From contig JAJEGF010000011.1 in assembly GCA_022820025.1 (NCBI GenBank), positions 25,933 through 89,932 of the forward strand: a DNA stretch of 64,000 nucleotides, given 5' to 3'. The notes beneath the pieces were generated by a model. It had not been told where the DNA came from and searched no databases. It saw only the letters and a program-made list of their open reading frames with translations. This document shows positions 19,243 to 29,008 of the stretch, in pieces. This stretch comes from Chloroflexota bacterium (GTDB taxonomy: Bacteria; Chloroflexota; UBA11872). Position 1 is the stretch's first letter; each line of letters begins with the position of its first letter. The translations under genes were made by a program, and so were the position numbers.

Positions 19243-20429
19243 TAGTCGATCACCTCCGCCATCACTCGCAGGAAGTTCTCCCCGGCAATTGCGTCCACCT
19301 CGCGCCCGCTGTAGCCCCGGGCCTCCAGCGCCGCCAGGAACTGCGGCGTCTCGTGCGCGCCCGCAAAGCCCTCGACGACGTCCTCCAGGAACTCGAAGTC
19401 CGTCCCAATCCCAACGTGCTCGTATCCGGCCACGTTCACCATGTGATCCACCACGTCCACCAGCGCCTCCAGCCCGACCGTCGGAAACCTCTGGTAAAGC
19501 GGCTGCGCCACCCCCGTGCGAACGCCGGCCTCCGCCGCGAACGGATCCAGCCGGCCCGACCTCACGTCATCCAGCAGCTTCATCCCCCGCGCACGCTCCG
19601 AGGCGCTGATGCCCGGCCCCTCGCCACGCCCGCGTTGGCACTCAATGTCGACAAACGCCGACGAGCAGTGAATGCCCACCACGCCCCCGCCGTCCGCGAT
19701 CCTGCGAATGTGCGCATCTGTCAGGTTTCGCTGAATCGGACTGATCGCCTTCGGGTTCGAGTGCGACGCCACGATCGGGTCGCGGCTCTCCTCCAGCACA
19801 TGATCGATAGCACTCATCGACGCGTGCGAGACATCAATCAGGATCCCCAGCCGGTTTAACTCGCGAACCACGTCTCGCCCAAAGTCGGTCAGGCCGCTCG
19901 GAACCCGCTGCTCGCTATCGCAGTCGATCCACGTCTGCGGCGCCGCATGCACCAGCCCCGTCACCCGCAGACCCAGCTCGTGATAGGACCGCAACATCGC
20001 CAGGTCCTCGCCCATCAGCAGGTTCTCGGTGTGCAGCAGCACCGCGATCCTGCCCGCGTCCACCGCGCGTCGCACACCCTCGGTCGAAGTAACAAGCTCC
20101 AGGTCCTCGGACCCCTCGCACAACCGCCGCACCGCGTCGAATCCACGCAGCAACCGCTGCACGCCTGACGCCCCCTCAAAGAACGTCCGCCGGAACAGCG
20201 CCGTACTCGGATGCTGAACGGCCTGAAACGCTGGCGTCGGATCCACCGTGAACTCCCCCGGCGCCCCCTCCGACAGCCAGATGCAGTTCACCTCGCCCCG
20301 CTTCAGCTTCGGAATATCCACCTGCCGCCCCGGCACATCCGCCATCGGCTCCCGGTACTCGATCCGCTCCGCCGTAAACTCCCGCTGCATGTGCAAGTGA
20401 GCAAGCAAACTCAATCGGTCGCTGGACAT
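19242..20429 (-). CDS. Membrane dipeptidase family (M19) amidohydrolase
   Basis: GLTDFGRDVVRELNRLGILIDVSH, ASHSN, RNLTD and HVGIGTDF. Confidence 0.88.
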   Translation of the reverse strand: MSSDRLSLLAHLHMQREFTAERIEYREPMADVPGRQVDIPKLKRGEVNCIWLSEGAPGEFTVDPTPAFQAVQHPSTALFRRTFFEGASGVQRLLRGFDAVRRLCEGSEDLELVTSTEGVRRAVDAGRIAVLLHTENLLMGEDLAMLRSYHELGLRVTGLVHAAPQTWIDCDSEQRVPSGLTDFGRDVVRELNRLGILIDVSHASMSAIDHVLEESRDPIVASHSNPKAISPIQRNLTDAHIRRIADGGGVVGIHCSSAFVDIECQRGRGEGPGISASERARGMKLLDDVRSGRLDPFAAEAGVRTGVAQPLYQRFPTVGLEALVDVVDHMVNVAGYEHVGIGTDFEFLEDVVEGFAGAHETPQFLAALEARGYSGREVDAIAGENFLRVMAEVID

Positions 20430-20568
20430 GGCTTCCTGACTTCGGATCGATTCCGCCGCAGCCTGAAAGACTACTTCGTCGTCAGATTCACGAGCTCTGG
20501 CCCTCAATGACTACGGACCGCTTGCTCATTAGTCGCGAGCCGATTGATTCCGCAGCCCTTGGCCCTCC

Positions 20569-21933
20569 TCACGCGATGAGTTCGTCGATATGCAGACGGG
20601 CCAGGGTGATTTTCTCGAGGTCTCGGACATTGCCCACGCTATACAGGCAGAGCACGGTGCCATCGGGGGTAACGGCAAGGTCGGAGTAGCGGCAGGGTCG
20701 GGGATCGATGAGTTTCGAGATCGGCCAGGTGCGCCCGGCGTCGGTGCTCGCATAGATGGTCATTTCGGTCCCGCCGGGGATGCGGTGGTTGACGCCGACC
20801 GGATGGGAGAACAGGAGAATCTCCGGTCGGTTGTCGTCGCCCGAGCCATGACGGGCGAGGCCCACGTTGACCGGCCGGCCGCTGAGTTCGGGATGCTCGC
20901 CGAGTTCGTAGAAGCTCCGTCCGCCGTCGCGGCTACGTGCGTAGGTTCTGCCGTCGCGGCGCTGAGTGTTTCGGCGATAGCTGACGTATACCTCGCCGCC
21001 GCTGGTTTCCACCAGTGACGCCTCGTCGGATCCATTGGGTAGGACTGCGCCGACCGTCCACGTCGTTCCGTGGTCGTCGCTGTAAAGCAGGCCGCCGCGC
21101 ACGCCGGGCACCTGTCCGGGCTCGCCTTCCTTATACAGGAAGCCAGGAATCACCAGCCGACCGCGGTGCGGCCCGGCCATGAGTTGAATCCCGTGCTCGT
21201 TGTTGTTGGGCCACCCGGTCCAGCCCTCGGCGTTTGGGCTCGGATCGACGCGCACGGCGTCCGACCAGGTCCGGCCGTCGTCGGTGCTTTTGACGAGCCC
21301 GAACCCGCCGCCCTGCGCGGCGTAGGTGCTGAAATACCCAAGGTCATCTCGGACATCGGCGGGGATGTTCCAGAAGGTCACGAGAATCGTTCGCGTCACC
21401 CGGTCTTCGACAATCGCTCCAAGGAACGTGTACTGGCCTTTTTCGGCGTGGATAACCTGCTGGCGGGTCCAGGTCTTGCCGTCGTCCACGCTGCGCGCCG
21501 ACAGGAGGTCGTTCTCATGGCCGCCGTCGCTCATTGAATCGTGGCGCCGGCAACACACGGCCACCACGTTCCCGGCGCCCGTGACGATCAGTCCGGGCAT
21601 GCCGACGCCGAAGCCGTCGTAGTTGTGGTACAGGAGGTTCGTGAAATCGACGGTCACCTTGGCCTGGGCCATCCGCTTGCGCATCGGCCGGTCGGTGCTG
21701 ATGACCGCAATCAGAAGCTCGTTCGGGTTTCGCGTACTGGTATAGAAGTTTGCGGTCACCCCGTACGTGTGAATCGCATTCGCGTCCGGCTCGTTCTGCT
21801 CCGAGAGGCCTTCCTTCGCCGAAACCTCCGCCGGCGCCTCCGTCCGATCCCAGTGATAAGCCGGCGCCTGGGTCAGCGTGTCACCCTGACCCGGAAAAAA
21901 CACGTCGACGAATTCGACCAACGGATCAGACAC
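20569..21933 (-). CDS. Sialidase-like BNR/Asp-box beta-propeller protein
   Basis: Five Asp boxes (SVDDGKTW, STDDGRTW, SDDHGTTW, SRDGGRSF, STDAGRTW) and YSDL; RBS AAGGAGG before GTG. Confidence 0.85.
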   Translation of the reverse strand: MSDPLVEFVDVFFPGQGDTLTQAPAYHWDRTEAPAEVSAKEGLSEQNEPDANAIHTYGVTANFYTSTRNPNELLIAVISTDRPMRKRMAQAKVTVDFTNLLYHNYDGFGVGMPGLIVTGAGNVVAVCCRRHDSMSDGGHENDLLSARSVDDGKTWTRQQVIHAEKGQYTFLGAIVEDRVTRTILVTFWNIPADVRDDLGYFSTYAAQGGGFGLVKSTDDGRTWSDAVRVDPSPNAEGWTGWPNNNEHGIQLMAGPHRGRLVIPGFLYKEGEPGQVPGVRGGLLYSDDHGTTWTVGAVLPNGSDEASLVETSGGEVYVSYRRNTQRRDGRTYARSRDGGRSFYELGEHPELSGRPVNVGLARHGSGDDNRPEILLFSHPVGVNHRIPGGTEMTIYASTDAGRTWPISKLIDPRPCRYSDLAVTPDGTVLCLYSVGNVRDLEKITLARLHIDELIA

Positions 21934-22011
21934 GGTCGCCTCCTTTTGCAGCCTCAGACCGCGCGGTGCCCTTAGCGTAAAGGTCCGTGCGGGCTGCCGT
22001 AGCTAAGCGAG

Positions 22012-23487
22012 TCAGTTGCCGGCCGAACTTGCCTGCATCGCCTGATTCGCTCTCTGCAATCCCTCGGCCGGGTCCGTGTCGCCCAGGAATACGTCGCGAA
22101 CGATCGTGTCCCTGAGCGATTCCGACTCGGACCGCGAGGAGTCGTCGAGCGCCGCGTTCTCAAGCATGTGCACGAGCACATGCTCGTCGTCGCCGTTCAG
22201 TTCGGGCATGAGCTTCCGCACCGCTGCCGCATCTACGCGAAGTGGCGGCAGAATCGAGGCGGGCGCAACGGCTGAGTACAGATGCCGCAACGCGTCGTAG
22301 GAAACCTGGGGATCCCTGGCCGACTTCACGATGCCGAGATGGAACGTATGGGTGGGGTTTCGCCCCGATCCGAACGAGGGAAAGGGGTACACGCGATTGT
22401 CGCCGCGGAACTCGCCGATGTCCGAGAAGGCGATGGTTCCGAATCCAATGCCCCACGTGCCGGCCTGTACATACGGGAAAATGTCATAGTCGCCTATCTT
22501 CAGCAAGCGGTGGCGGTGGATTAAGTCGCCGTAAAACTCCAAGACCTCACGAGCTTTGTCGCTCTGAAGTGAAGTAAAGCCGCCGCTGGCATCGCGAAAT
22601 CTCCCCAGCGCGGAGAGCAACGCAACCGTCACCGGCGGAAACACCAGGTAGTCGCCGCTCGACGTCGGCTCGGCGAGGACTCCGCCCAGAATGCCCCGGG
22701 TACCGAGGCCACCGTCCGGTGGATCAGGCTCGTGGAATGCTTGCGCGGTTCGCAGGAAGGCCTCGGCGGTGAAGGCCTGCAGGGTTGGCTCGGGCAGTTC
22801 AATGTCCCGCTCGGCCGCCAGTTCGCCGTTGACCAGTGTGAAAGATGGTGAGACGGCAAACGGCAGTCCGAATTGCTCGCCGTCGTGACGGCCGCTCTCC
22901 AGGACGCCGGGCCAGAATGCTCCGGGATCGAAGTCCGGATCGGCAGCCAGAAAGTCGCCCAGCGGCGTGAGTTGGTCGTGGGCGACCAGGTCTTCAAGAT
23001 CGATGTCGAAATAGGCGACGAGTTCGGGGGCCGAAGCTTCCACTGCCGCAAGCGTGCGGCTCATGCTCCAATCCTCAGTAACAAAAAAATCGAGAGGCAC
23101 GTCGCTGAACTTGTAGCGGCCCTCGGACTGGCTGCCGGCCTCCAGCAGACCATTGGCGAATAACGCGAAAATCCTGGGGCCCGCGACTTCCAACGACATG
23201 ACGGCTACGGGTACCTCGCGTCGCTCCCCGGGCTGCGGAAGTGACGGACCCGGCGCCGGCGCGCGCTCGGTCACGGTCGCCGCCGCGGTGCGAGCTCGCT
23301 GCAGCGCGGCATCCAGATCGCGGCGGCCGGTGCTGGGAGGCGGGGTCTGTTGTGCAGTCTCTTCGCCGCAGGCGGCGGCGATGACCGCGGCGGCTCCGCT
23401 ACCCAGCATTCGCAGCACATTGCGCCGCGCCACGCCTGGTCTGACTCTCACCTGGACCCTCGCATCATCAGCACGAGCAGCTCCCAT
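22012..23487 (-). CDS. Divergent extracellular solute-binding lipoprotein (Tat)
   Basis: ARRNVL motif, lipobox AAAC and the SBP-like segment LTPLGDFL...DGEQFGLPF. Confidence 0.7.
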   Translation of the reverse strand: MGAARADDARVQVRVRPGVARRNVLRMLGSGAAAVIAAACGEETAQQTPPPSTGRRDLDAALQRARTAAATVTERAPAPGPSLPQPGERREVPVAVMSLEVAGPRIFALFANGLLEAGSQSEGRYKFSDVPLDFFVTEDWSMSRTLAAVEASAPELVAYFDIDLEDLVAHDQLTPLGDFLAADPDFDPGAFWPGVLESGRHDGEQFGLPFAVSPSFTLVNGELAAERDIELPEPTLQAFTAEAFLRTAQAFHEPDPPDGGLGTRGILGGVLAEPTSSGDYLVFPPVTVALLSALGRFRDASGGFTSLQSDKAREVLEFYGDLIHRHRLLKIGDYDIFPYVQAGTWGIGFGTIAFSDIGEFRGDNRVYPFPSFGSGRNPTHTFHLGIVKSARDPQVSYDALRHLYSAVAPASILPPLRVDAAAVRKLMPELNGDDEHVLVHMLENAALDDSSRSESESLRDTIVRDVFLGDTDPAEGLQRANQAMQASSAGN

Positions 23488-23567
23488 GAAGCTGCAGCGC
23501 CCTTATACAGACCATACCGCCCACACGCCCTGCCGACGCAGACGGCCGGCTTGATCGCTACGGTCGG

Positions 23568-24416
23568 CTACCCCCGCGAGGGCTCGCTCATGTCCTCGCG
23601 CGCCTTGCGCACCAGTTCCGGCAAATGGCCATCGTTCGCGAGGCGCTGTTCCAGGTGACGCATGCGCTTTGGGCCGGCCGTTCGGATCATGGCGTCGCCG
23701 TAGGCGCGCTCGATCCAGAAACGGGCCGCGTGCCCGATGTCCTGGCGCAGTTCGTCCAGATCCTCCTCGGCAAAGCGCTCGGACACGTTGATGGTGAACA
23801 TGCGCCGCCGGGTGCCGCCGCCAAAGGACGCGTGCTTGAGGTCCTGGTTGAACATCAGCAGGTCGCCGGGACGGGTCTCCAACGCCACTGCGGGCATCTC
23901 CTGGCCGGTGACGCCGACGCGTTCCGTCATCGTCCAGGCCCGCTGGCTTGACATAATGTCCTGCAGTCCCTCCGCGTAGTCGTCGCCGCGATGGTGGCTC
24001 CCGGGGATGACCCGCAGGCAGCCCGAATCGCGGCCAACCGGATCCAGGTAAAACGCGAACTTGATGTTCCGGTACTTGCTGCGCACGTAGCCGTCGGAGT
24101 GCCAGCGGGTGTCGCCCACGTAGAAGTTGCCGTCGCTGCCGGTGTAGTTGTAGTCGTCGCCCAACAGGTCGCTGGCAACGTTGTCGATCCGCGGATCGTC
24201 CAGCAGCGCGCTCAGGTACTCACTCTGGTCGATAAACGGAACCAGCGCCGAGCGCTGCTCATGATCGTGCGCCTGCCCGTGATGCCCGCCGCCATGTTCG
24301 GCCCAGAGGCGCTCGAACTCAGCGGTGACGGCCTCCGCTTCCTTCGCGAATCGCCCGGGAAAGCCCAGGTAGCCAAACGTCTCAAAGAAGGCGCGTTGCT
24401 GAGCGGTGAGATTCAT
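23568..24416 (-). CDS. Phytanoyl-CoA dioxygenase (PhyH) family Fe(II)/2-oxoglutarate oxygenase
   Basis: FFETFGYL, WHSD, GCLRVIPGSH, PGDLLMF, distal His (KHAS) and RR. Confidence 0.9.
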   Translation of the reverse strand: MNLTAQQRAFFETFGYLGFPGRFAKEAEAVTAEFERLWAEHGGGHHGQAHDHEQRSALVPFIDQSEYLSALLDDPRIDNVASDLLGDDYNYTGSDGNFYVGDTRWHSDGYVRSKYRNIKFAFYLDPVGRDSGCLRVIPGSHHRGDDYAEGLQDIMSSQRAWTMTERVGVTGQEMPAVALETRPGDLLMFNQDLKHASFGGGTRRRMFTINVSERFAEEDLDELRQDIGHAARFWIERAYGDAMIRTAGPKRMRHLEQRLANDGHLPELVRKAREDMSEPSRG

Positions 24417-24521
24417 GCCTCGGCTCCAGAGGAGGTGCGACCGCGCACCGCAAGTCTAGGCAATCGTAAGGCGGGCTGCGTCTCGGGGAACTGGCTTCAT
24501 GATCCGTCCCAGACTCAAGAG

Positions 24522-25034
24522 CTACAGCCTGGCTTTCTTCACGACGTCCAGAATCCGCCCTCGCAACGGCCGTGACGCCGCCAGCAGTTCGTAGAGCTGC
24601 GCTTCAACTGCCGCCTTGTCCGGCACCTTCCAGTCGGGATAAACGCCAATCCGCCAGTGGAGGTATTCGCGCAGCTGACCGGGCCCCCTCAGCATCGCCT
24701 TGGCGGCCAGCAACTCAATCAGAATCGCTCGTCGGTGCGCGTACGCGTGACTCCGTCCCGCCAGCTTGTGGCTGATCTCCACCTGTTCGTGCAGCGCTAC
24801 GAGCTCGGCACGTTCAGGGCGCCCGCTCGTGAAACGCTCGGGGAGATAGATGTTGCCGTCCTCGTCATACATGGCCAGGTCAGCCTCATCGGGCCATGGG
24901 TCGCATAGGAAGTAGCGCACCGCGACCCCGTCCACCTCGCAGGTGCGCTCGTCAGTGACGCTCGTCTTGATCGCATCGACAATCCGGATCAACTCCGGGT
25001 GCGGCAACCTGAGGCGCTTGGTGGACTGGGACAT
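24522..25034 (-). CDS. Hypothetical protein
   Basis: 170-aa ORF filling the gap between genes with plausible composition; contains ALHEQVE and HAYAH. Confidence 0.65.
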   Translation of the reverse strand: MSQSTKRLRLPHPELIRIVDAIKTSVTDERTCEVDGVAVRYFLCDPWPDEADLAMYDEDGNIYLPERFTSGRPERAELVALHEQVEISHKLAGRSHAYAHRRAILIELLAAKAMLRGPGQLREYLHWRIGVYPDWKVPDKAAVEAQLYELLAASRPLRGRILDVVKKARL

Positions 25035-25212
25035 GTGGGATGTCCGGCTGTTCAAGCTAGCTCTCCAATTATCCCCGCAGCGCGCTGTAGCCCAGTCTCA
25101 CGGTTCCCGCGTCTGCGGTGCGTTAGGTTGTTGACGAGTGTCGGCTGATCAGGGAGGAGCGGGGCATGGTCCTTCGGCTTCGCCGATCCGCACGCCGCAC
25201 TGGCTCGGAACA

Positions 25213-26106
25213 ATGAGCGTCAGCGACCGTCCTCCTCCCATCGAGGTCCGCAGCCTCAACAAGCGATACAAAGACGGCCCCCAGGCCAACCGCGACATTT
25301 CGCTCACCCTCAACTGGGGCGAGGCGCTGGGGGTACTGGGTCCCAACGGCGCCGGCAAGACCACGCTGGTCCGCCAGATCACGACGGAACTGCTGCCAAC
25401 CTCCGGCGAGGTGCGCGTGCTCGGCATTGACGCGGTGGCGAATCCGGACGACGCCAAGGCGCGCATCGGGGTGGTTCCGCAGGAGGCGCGCCTGTTCCAG
25501 GGGCTATCGGTGTACCGGCACCTGCGCATCTTCGGCGTGCTGCGCGGGCTGTCGCGCCGGGATGCACGGGAGCGCGCGGACGAGTTGATCGAGGAACTCG
25601 ACCTCACGGATCACCGGGACTTCACCAGCGAACGGCTGTCAGGTGGCCTCCGCCGCCGGCTGCTGGTCGGCATCGCCATGATGGCGCAGCCCGACGTTCT
25701 GATTCTTGACGAGCCCACCGTCGGCCTGGACGTGGAGTCCCGCCAGCGGCTGTGGGAGGTCCTGCAGAGCTACCGGCAGCGCGACGCCGCCGTGCTCCTG
25801 ACCACTCACTATATGGAGGAGGCCGAAACGCTCTGCGATCGCATCGGCATCATCCAGGACGGCCGCCTGATCTCGCTCGACACCATCGCGAACCTGCGGG
25901 CCTCGATCGGCCACGAATACAAGCTGGTCTACGAAACTCCCGAGGGTCCCCGGACAATCTTCGGCGACGATCACCTGGACCTGGCCGCCCAACTACGGTC
26001 CCAGGGCATCGACGAGTACGCGGTCATGCGCACGAGCTTGGAGGACGTCTACCTGGCGCTAACGCAGCAGGCACGAAATGAAGACGAGACCGATGGCGCG
26101 GACTAA
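25213..26106 (+). CDS. ABC-2 type exporter ATP-binding protein
   Basis: GPNGAGKT, LSGGLRRR, LDEPTVGLD, TTHYMEEAE and SLEDVY. Confidence 0.93.
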   Translation: MSVSDRPPPIEVRSLNKRYKDGPQANRDISLTLNWGEALGVLGPNGAGKTTLVRQITTELLPTSGEVRVLGIDAVANPDDAKARIGVVPQEARLFQGLSVYRHLRIFGVLRGLSRRDARERADELIEELDLTDHRDFTSERLSGGLRRRLLVGIAMMAQPDVLILDEPTVGLDVESRQRLWEVLQSYRQRDAAVLLTTHYMEEAETLCDRIGIIQDGRLISLDTIANLRASIGHEYKLVYETPEGPRTIFGDDHLDLAAQLRSQGIDEYAVMRTSLEDVYLALTQQARNEDETDGAD

Positions 26107-26857
26107 CCGACTCAACACACCCGGCCCGCGCAAGTTTCTGAGCGATTCGCTGGCCGTGCTGGAGATCCACGCGCTGCCGATGATCCGCCAGTGGTATCTC
26201 ATCGTACTTGGGACTCTGGTGTTCCCCATCCCGATGTTCTACGTATTCCAGTCCATCGCGCCCGACGACGCGGCCGTCTGGCAGCGTTTGCTGGCGGGCA
26301 CCCTGATCTTTGGCGTGTCCTTCAGTACCGCCATGCTGGTCGGGCAGCAGATCGTGGCGCAGCGGTTCATGGGCCATCTCAAGCTCGTCATCACCATGCC
26401 CGTGTCCAAGGCCGCCTACGTCGTCGGCACGTTGGCCTATACGGCGATCTCAGGAACGCTTTCGGCCGTGTTTCTTCTGGGCTTTGCCTTTATCGCCGGC
26501 GTTGAGATCGAGCCCACCTGGACGCTGGCTCCCGCCCTGCTGCTCACGGTCCTGGCGCTTGCCGGCATCGTCCTGTTCGTCATGAGCTTCGCGCCCTCGC
26601 TGCCGGTGGGCAACGTCATCGCCAGCCTCATAGCCATCGTGCTCGTCATCATCTCGCCGGTCTACTTCACCATGGAGTCGGCGCCGCTCCTCCTGCGGTG
26701 GTTCGGATATGTCTCGCCGCTCCGCTACGCCGCCGACGCTATCGCCGCCTCCCTGGGTGGACGCGTGGATGTCTGGCTGGAACTGGGCATCCTGGCCGCC
26801 TACGCGCTCATCGCAATGGGCCTGGGCTTGTGGCGGCTGCCCTGGCGGGAGAAGTAG
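26078..26857 (+). CDS. ABC-2 type exporter permease
   Basis: About six hydrophobic helices with SPVYF and SPLRY; follows the ATPase; start may be 26093. Confidence 0.88.
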   Translation: MKTRPMARTNRLNTPGPRKFLSDSLAVLEIHALPMIRQWYLIVLGTLVFPIPMFYVFQSIAPDDAAVWQRLLAGTLIFGVSFSTAMLVGQQIVAQRFMGHLKLVITMPVSKAAYVVGTLAYTAISGTLSAVFLLGFAFIAGVEIEPTWTLAPALLLTVLALAGIVLFVMSFAPSLPVGNVIASLIAIVLVIISPVYFTMESAPLLLRWFGYVSPLRYAADAIAASLGGRVDVWLELGILAAYALIAMGLGLWRLPWREK

Positions 26858-26985
26858 AACGCTTCGATTCCACTCCTGACACACTCGCGGGCATGAGAAC
26901 CGCGTAGCCTTCAGACAACCACTGCCGAGCGGGCGTCCCCGCCCTGGAGAAGATTTGGATCCGCTTGCGGCCCGGTGTTCAACGG

Positions 26986-27924
26986 TCAGCGAAGAGACCG
27001 AATACGAATTTCCTCAAGCTCATCTGCGGTAAACACACCGGCCCGGTACAGATTCAGATACTCATCCGAGACGCTCTGCCCAAAGATCATCAGGTCGTCG
27101 GTGTTGATCGTGACATCCACCCCGTGGTCGTACAGCGTGCGGATTGGATGCGACGCCAGGTCGGCCGCGGCGCCCAGCATCACGTTGCTCGTCGGGCAGA
27201 CGTTCAGCCGAATCTGGTTGTCGGCGAGCCAATGCATCACGGCCGTGGACTCCGCGGCGGCGATTCCATGTTGCACCTCGTCAAGCTGGAGAATCTCGAC
27301 CGTTCGCTTCACCTCGTCGGCGCCCCTGAATTCCCCGACGTGCGCCTTGAGTTTCAGACCGTGGGACCGCGCGTGCTCGTAAACGTCCTGCACGTCTTCG
27401 GGATCGCAGTCGCCCTCGAACGCGTACATGTCGATCGAACGAAAGACGCCTGACTCGATGGCCTCCCAGACCGAAGTCATCAGGTCATCCTTTGACACGT
27501 ACGAGCGTGAAAACCCCACTTCCGGCCGAAAGTCGACCTGGCCGCGGAACTGTGATTCCAGCGACGCGGCAAGGGCCGTAAGGCCGCGGAGCCCATCTGG
27601 GTGGTGCCGGACGGCCCAGATGTCGAAGCTCGTATCAAGCAGGACCACGCCGTCGTTGTGCGCGTGTCGCACGGCTGCGTCTACCACGAATTCGAAAGCC
27701 GTCCAGTTGTCCATGTAGGGAATGATTGCCTGACGCGAGTAATCCCTCATTCCTTCCAGTCCATCCATCTTGGGCGGCGGACGCTCAACCGTGCGGCCAA
27801 GCCAGCGTTCGACCTCGGCAATGGGTGCGGCGAAATAAGAGTGCGAGTGGAGGTCAGACTTGGGCGCTCGTCGGATTCCGGCGGCGTCTCCTGCTGCCAG
27901 GGCCTCAGCGAATGCAGATGACAT
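26986..27924 (-). CDS. Adenosine/adenine deaminase family protein
   Basis: PKSDLHSH, AHVGE, VQHG, CPTSN and INTDD. Confidence 0.88.
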   Translation of the reverse strand: MSSAFAEALAAGDAAGIRRAPKSDLHSHSYFAAPIAEVERWLGRTVERPPPKMDGLEGMRDYSRQAIIPYMDNWTAFEFVVDAAVRHAHNDGVVLLDTSFDIWAVRHHPDGLRGLTALAASLESQFRGQVDFRPEVGFSRSYVSKDDLMTSVWEAIESGVFRSIDMYAFEGDCDPEDVQDVYEHARSHGLKLKAHVGEFRGADEVKRTVEILQLDEVQHGIAAAESTAVMHWLADNQIRLNVCPTSNVMLGAAADLASHPIRTLYDHGVDVTINTDDLMIFGQSVSDEYLNLYRAGVFTADELEEIRIRSLR

Positions 27925-28125
27925 TCGTGCTAGCGCCTGAGCGACGGCTCAGTGGCGAAGGCAAGAGTCTCTGCAGTTCGCACGACGAACCTCAGCCTCC
28001 GGTTGGCAATCAATCGAGTGTAAGCGCCACAGCACTTGGCGAACTGACTCAAGGCAAGGAACCGTCCCCGCGCCTGGCGATAGACTGTGCCAGGGACAAT
28101 CATGGGCGGTAGAGGGAAAAACCGG

Positions 28126-28365
28126 ATGACGGTGGACTTGACCGCCATTGAGATCGAGCGGCGGCTGACCGCCATAGAGACCGCACTCCCGACCTTCGCT
28201 ACCAAGGCCGACATTCAGTCGCTGAGAGCCGAGATCCAGGCCTCGCGCGCCGAATGGAAATCCGACCTCCACAGCTTGACCCGATGGATGGTGATCGCGG
28301 TGCTGGGGTCGGTAACGGCCGCGGCGACCATTACCGGGCTCATCGTTCGCTTCCTCGGCGCCTGA
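28126..28365 (+). CDS. Small membrane-anchored coiled-coil protein (DUF1640/CCDC90-like), tandem copy 1, 79 aa
   Basis: ATKADI motif, heptads and C-terminal TM helix; start assigned by alignment with copies 2 and 3. Confidence 0.85.
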   Translation: MTVDLTAIEIERRLTAIETALPTFATKADIQSLRAEIQASRAEWKSDLHSLTRWMVIAVLGSVTAAATITGLIVRFLGA

Positions 28366-28395
28366 AACAACCAAGGGCGGGAAAGGGAAAACCGG

Positions 28396-28614
28396 ATGAC
28401 GGTGGACTTGACCGCCACTGAGATCGAGCGGCGGCTAACCGCCATTGAGACTACGCTTCCGACGCTGGCAACCAAGGCCGACCTTCAGGCCATGCGTGCC
28501 GAGTGGAAGTCCGATCTCCACAGCTTGACCCGCTGGATGGTCGTCGCCGTGCTCGGTTCGGTAACAGCTGCGGCAACGATCACAGGGCTCATCGTTCGCT
28601 TCCTCGGCGCGTGA
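28396..28614 (+). CDS. Small membrane-anchored coiled-coil protein, tandem copy 2, 72 aa
   Basis: Paralogue of 28126-28365, one heptad shorter. Confidence 0.85.
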   Translation: MTVDLTATEIERRLTAIETTLPTLATKADLQAMRAEWKSDLHSLTRWMVVAVLGSVTAAATITGLIVRFLGA

Positions 28615-28706
28615 AGCGGTCATGACAGCGCCGGTTCATGGCGGCGTCGCCACACCAGACGCTAAACTGAGCTTGAAACAATCATGGGCGGGAAAGGGAA
28701 AACCGT

Positions 28707-28967
28707 ATGACGGTGGACTTGACCGCCATTGAGATCGAGCGGCGGCTAACCGCCATTGAGACCATGCTTCCGACGTTCGCAACTAAGGCTGACATCCATT
28801 CGTTGAAGGCCGAAATGCACTCGGTGAAGGCCGAAATCCACGCCGCGCGGGCCGAGTGGAAGTCTGACCTCCAAAGCTTGACCCGCTGGATGGTGATTGC
28901 CGTGCTTGGATCAATAACGGCTGCGACCACCATCACCGGGTTAATCGTTCGGTTCGTCGGTGCCTGA
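28707..28967 (+). CDS. Small membrane-anchored coiled-coil protein, tandem copy 3, 86 aa
   Basis: Paralogue of 28126-28365, one heptad longer. Confidence 0.85.
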   Translation: MTVDLTAIEIERRLTAIETMLPTFATKADIHSLKAEMHSVKAEIHAARAEWKSDLQSLTRWMVIAVLGSITAATTITGLIVRFVGA

Positions 28968-29008
28968 CGAAGCCTGAGCCGGGCAAGCGGTTCTCTGGGT
29001 TGGGCTGA

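Larger units (their letters stand above)
28093..28967 (+). repeat. Three-unit tandem gene array
   Basis: Each unit has the leader ACAAYCAWGGGCGGKARAGGGAAAA(A)CCGKATG followed by a near-identical ORF. Confidence 0.9.

Noticed and set aside
28093-28967. Tandem units as integron cassettes or diversity-generating retroelement repeats
   Set aside because: No attC-like dyads, integrase or reverse transcriptase are present, and the differences are not adenine-specific.
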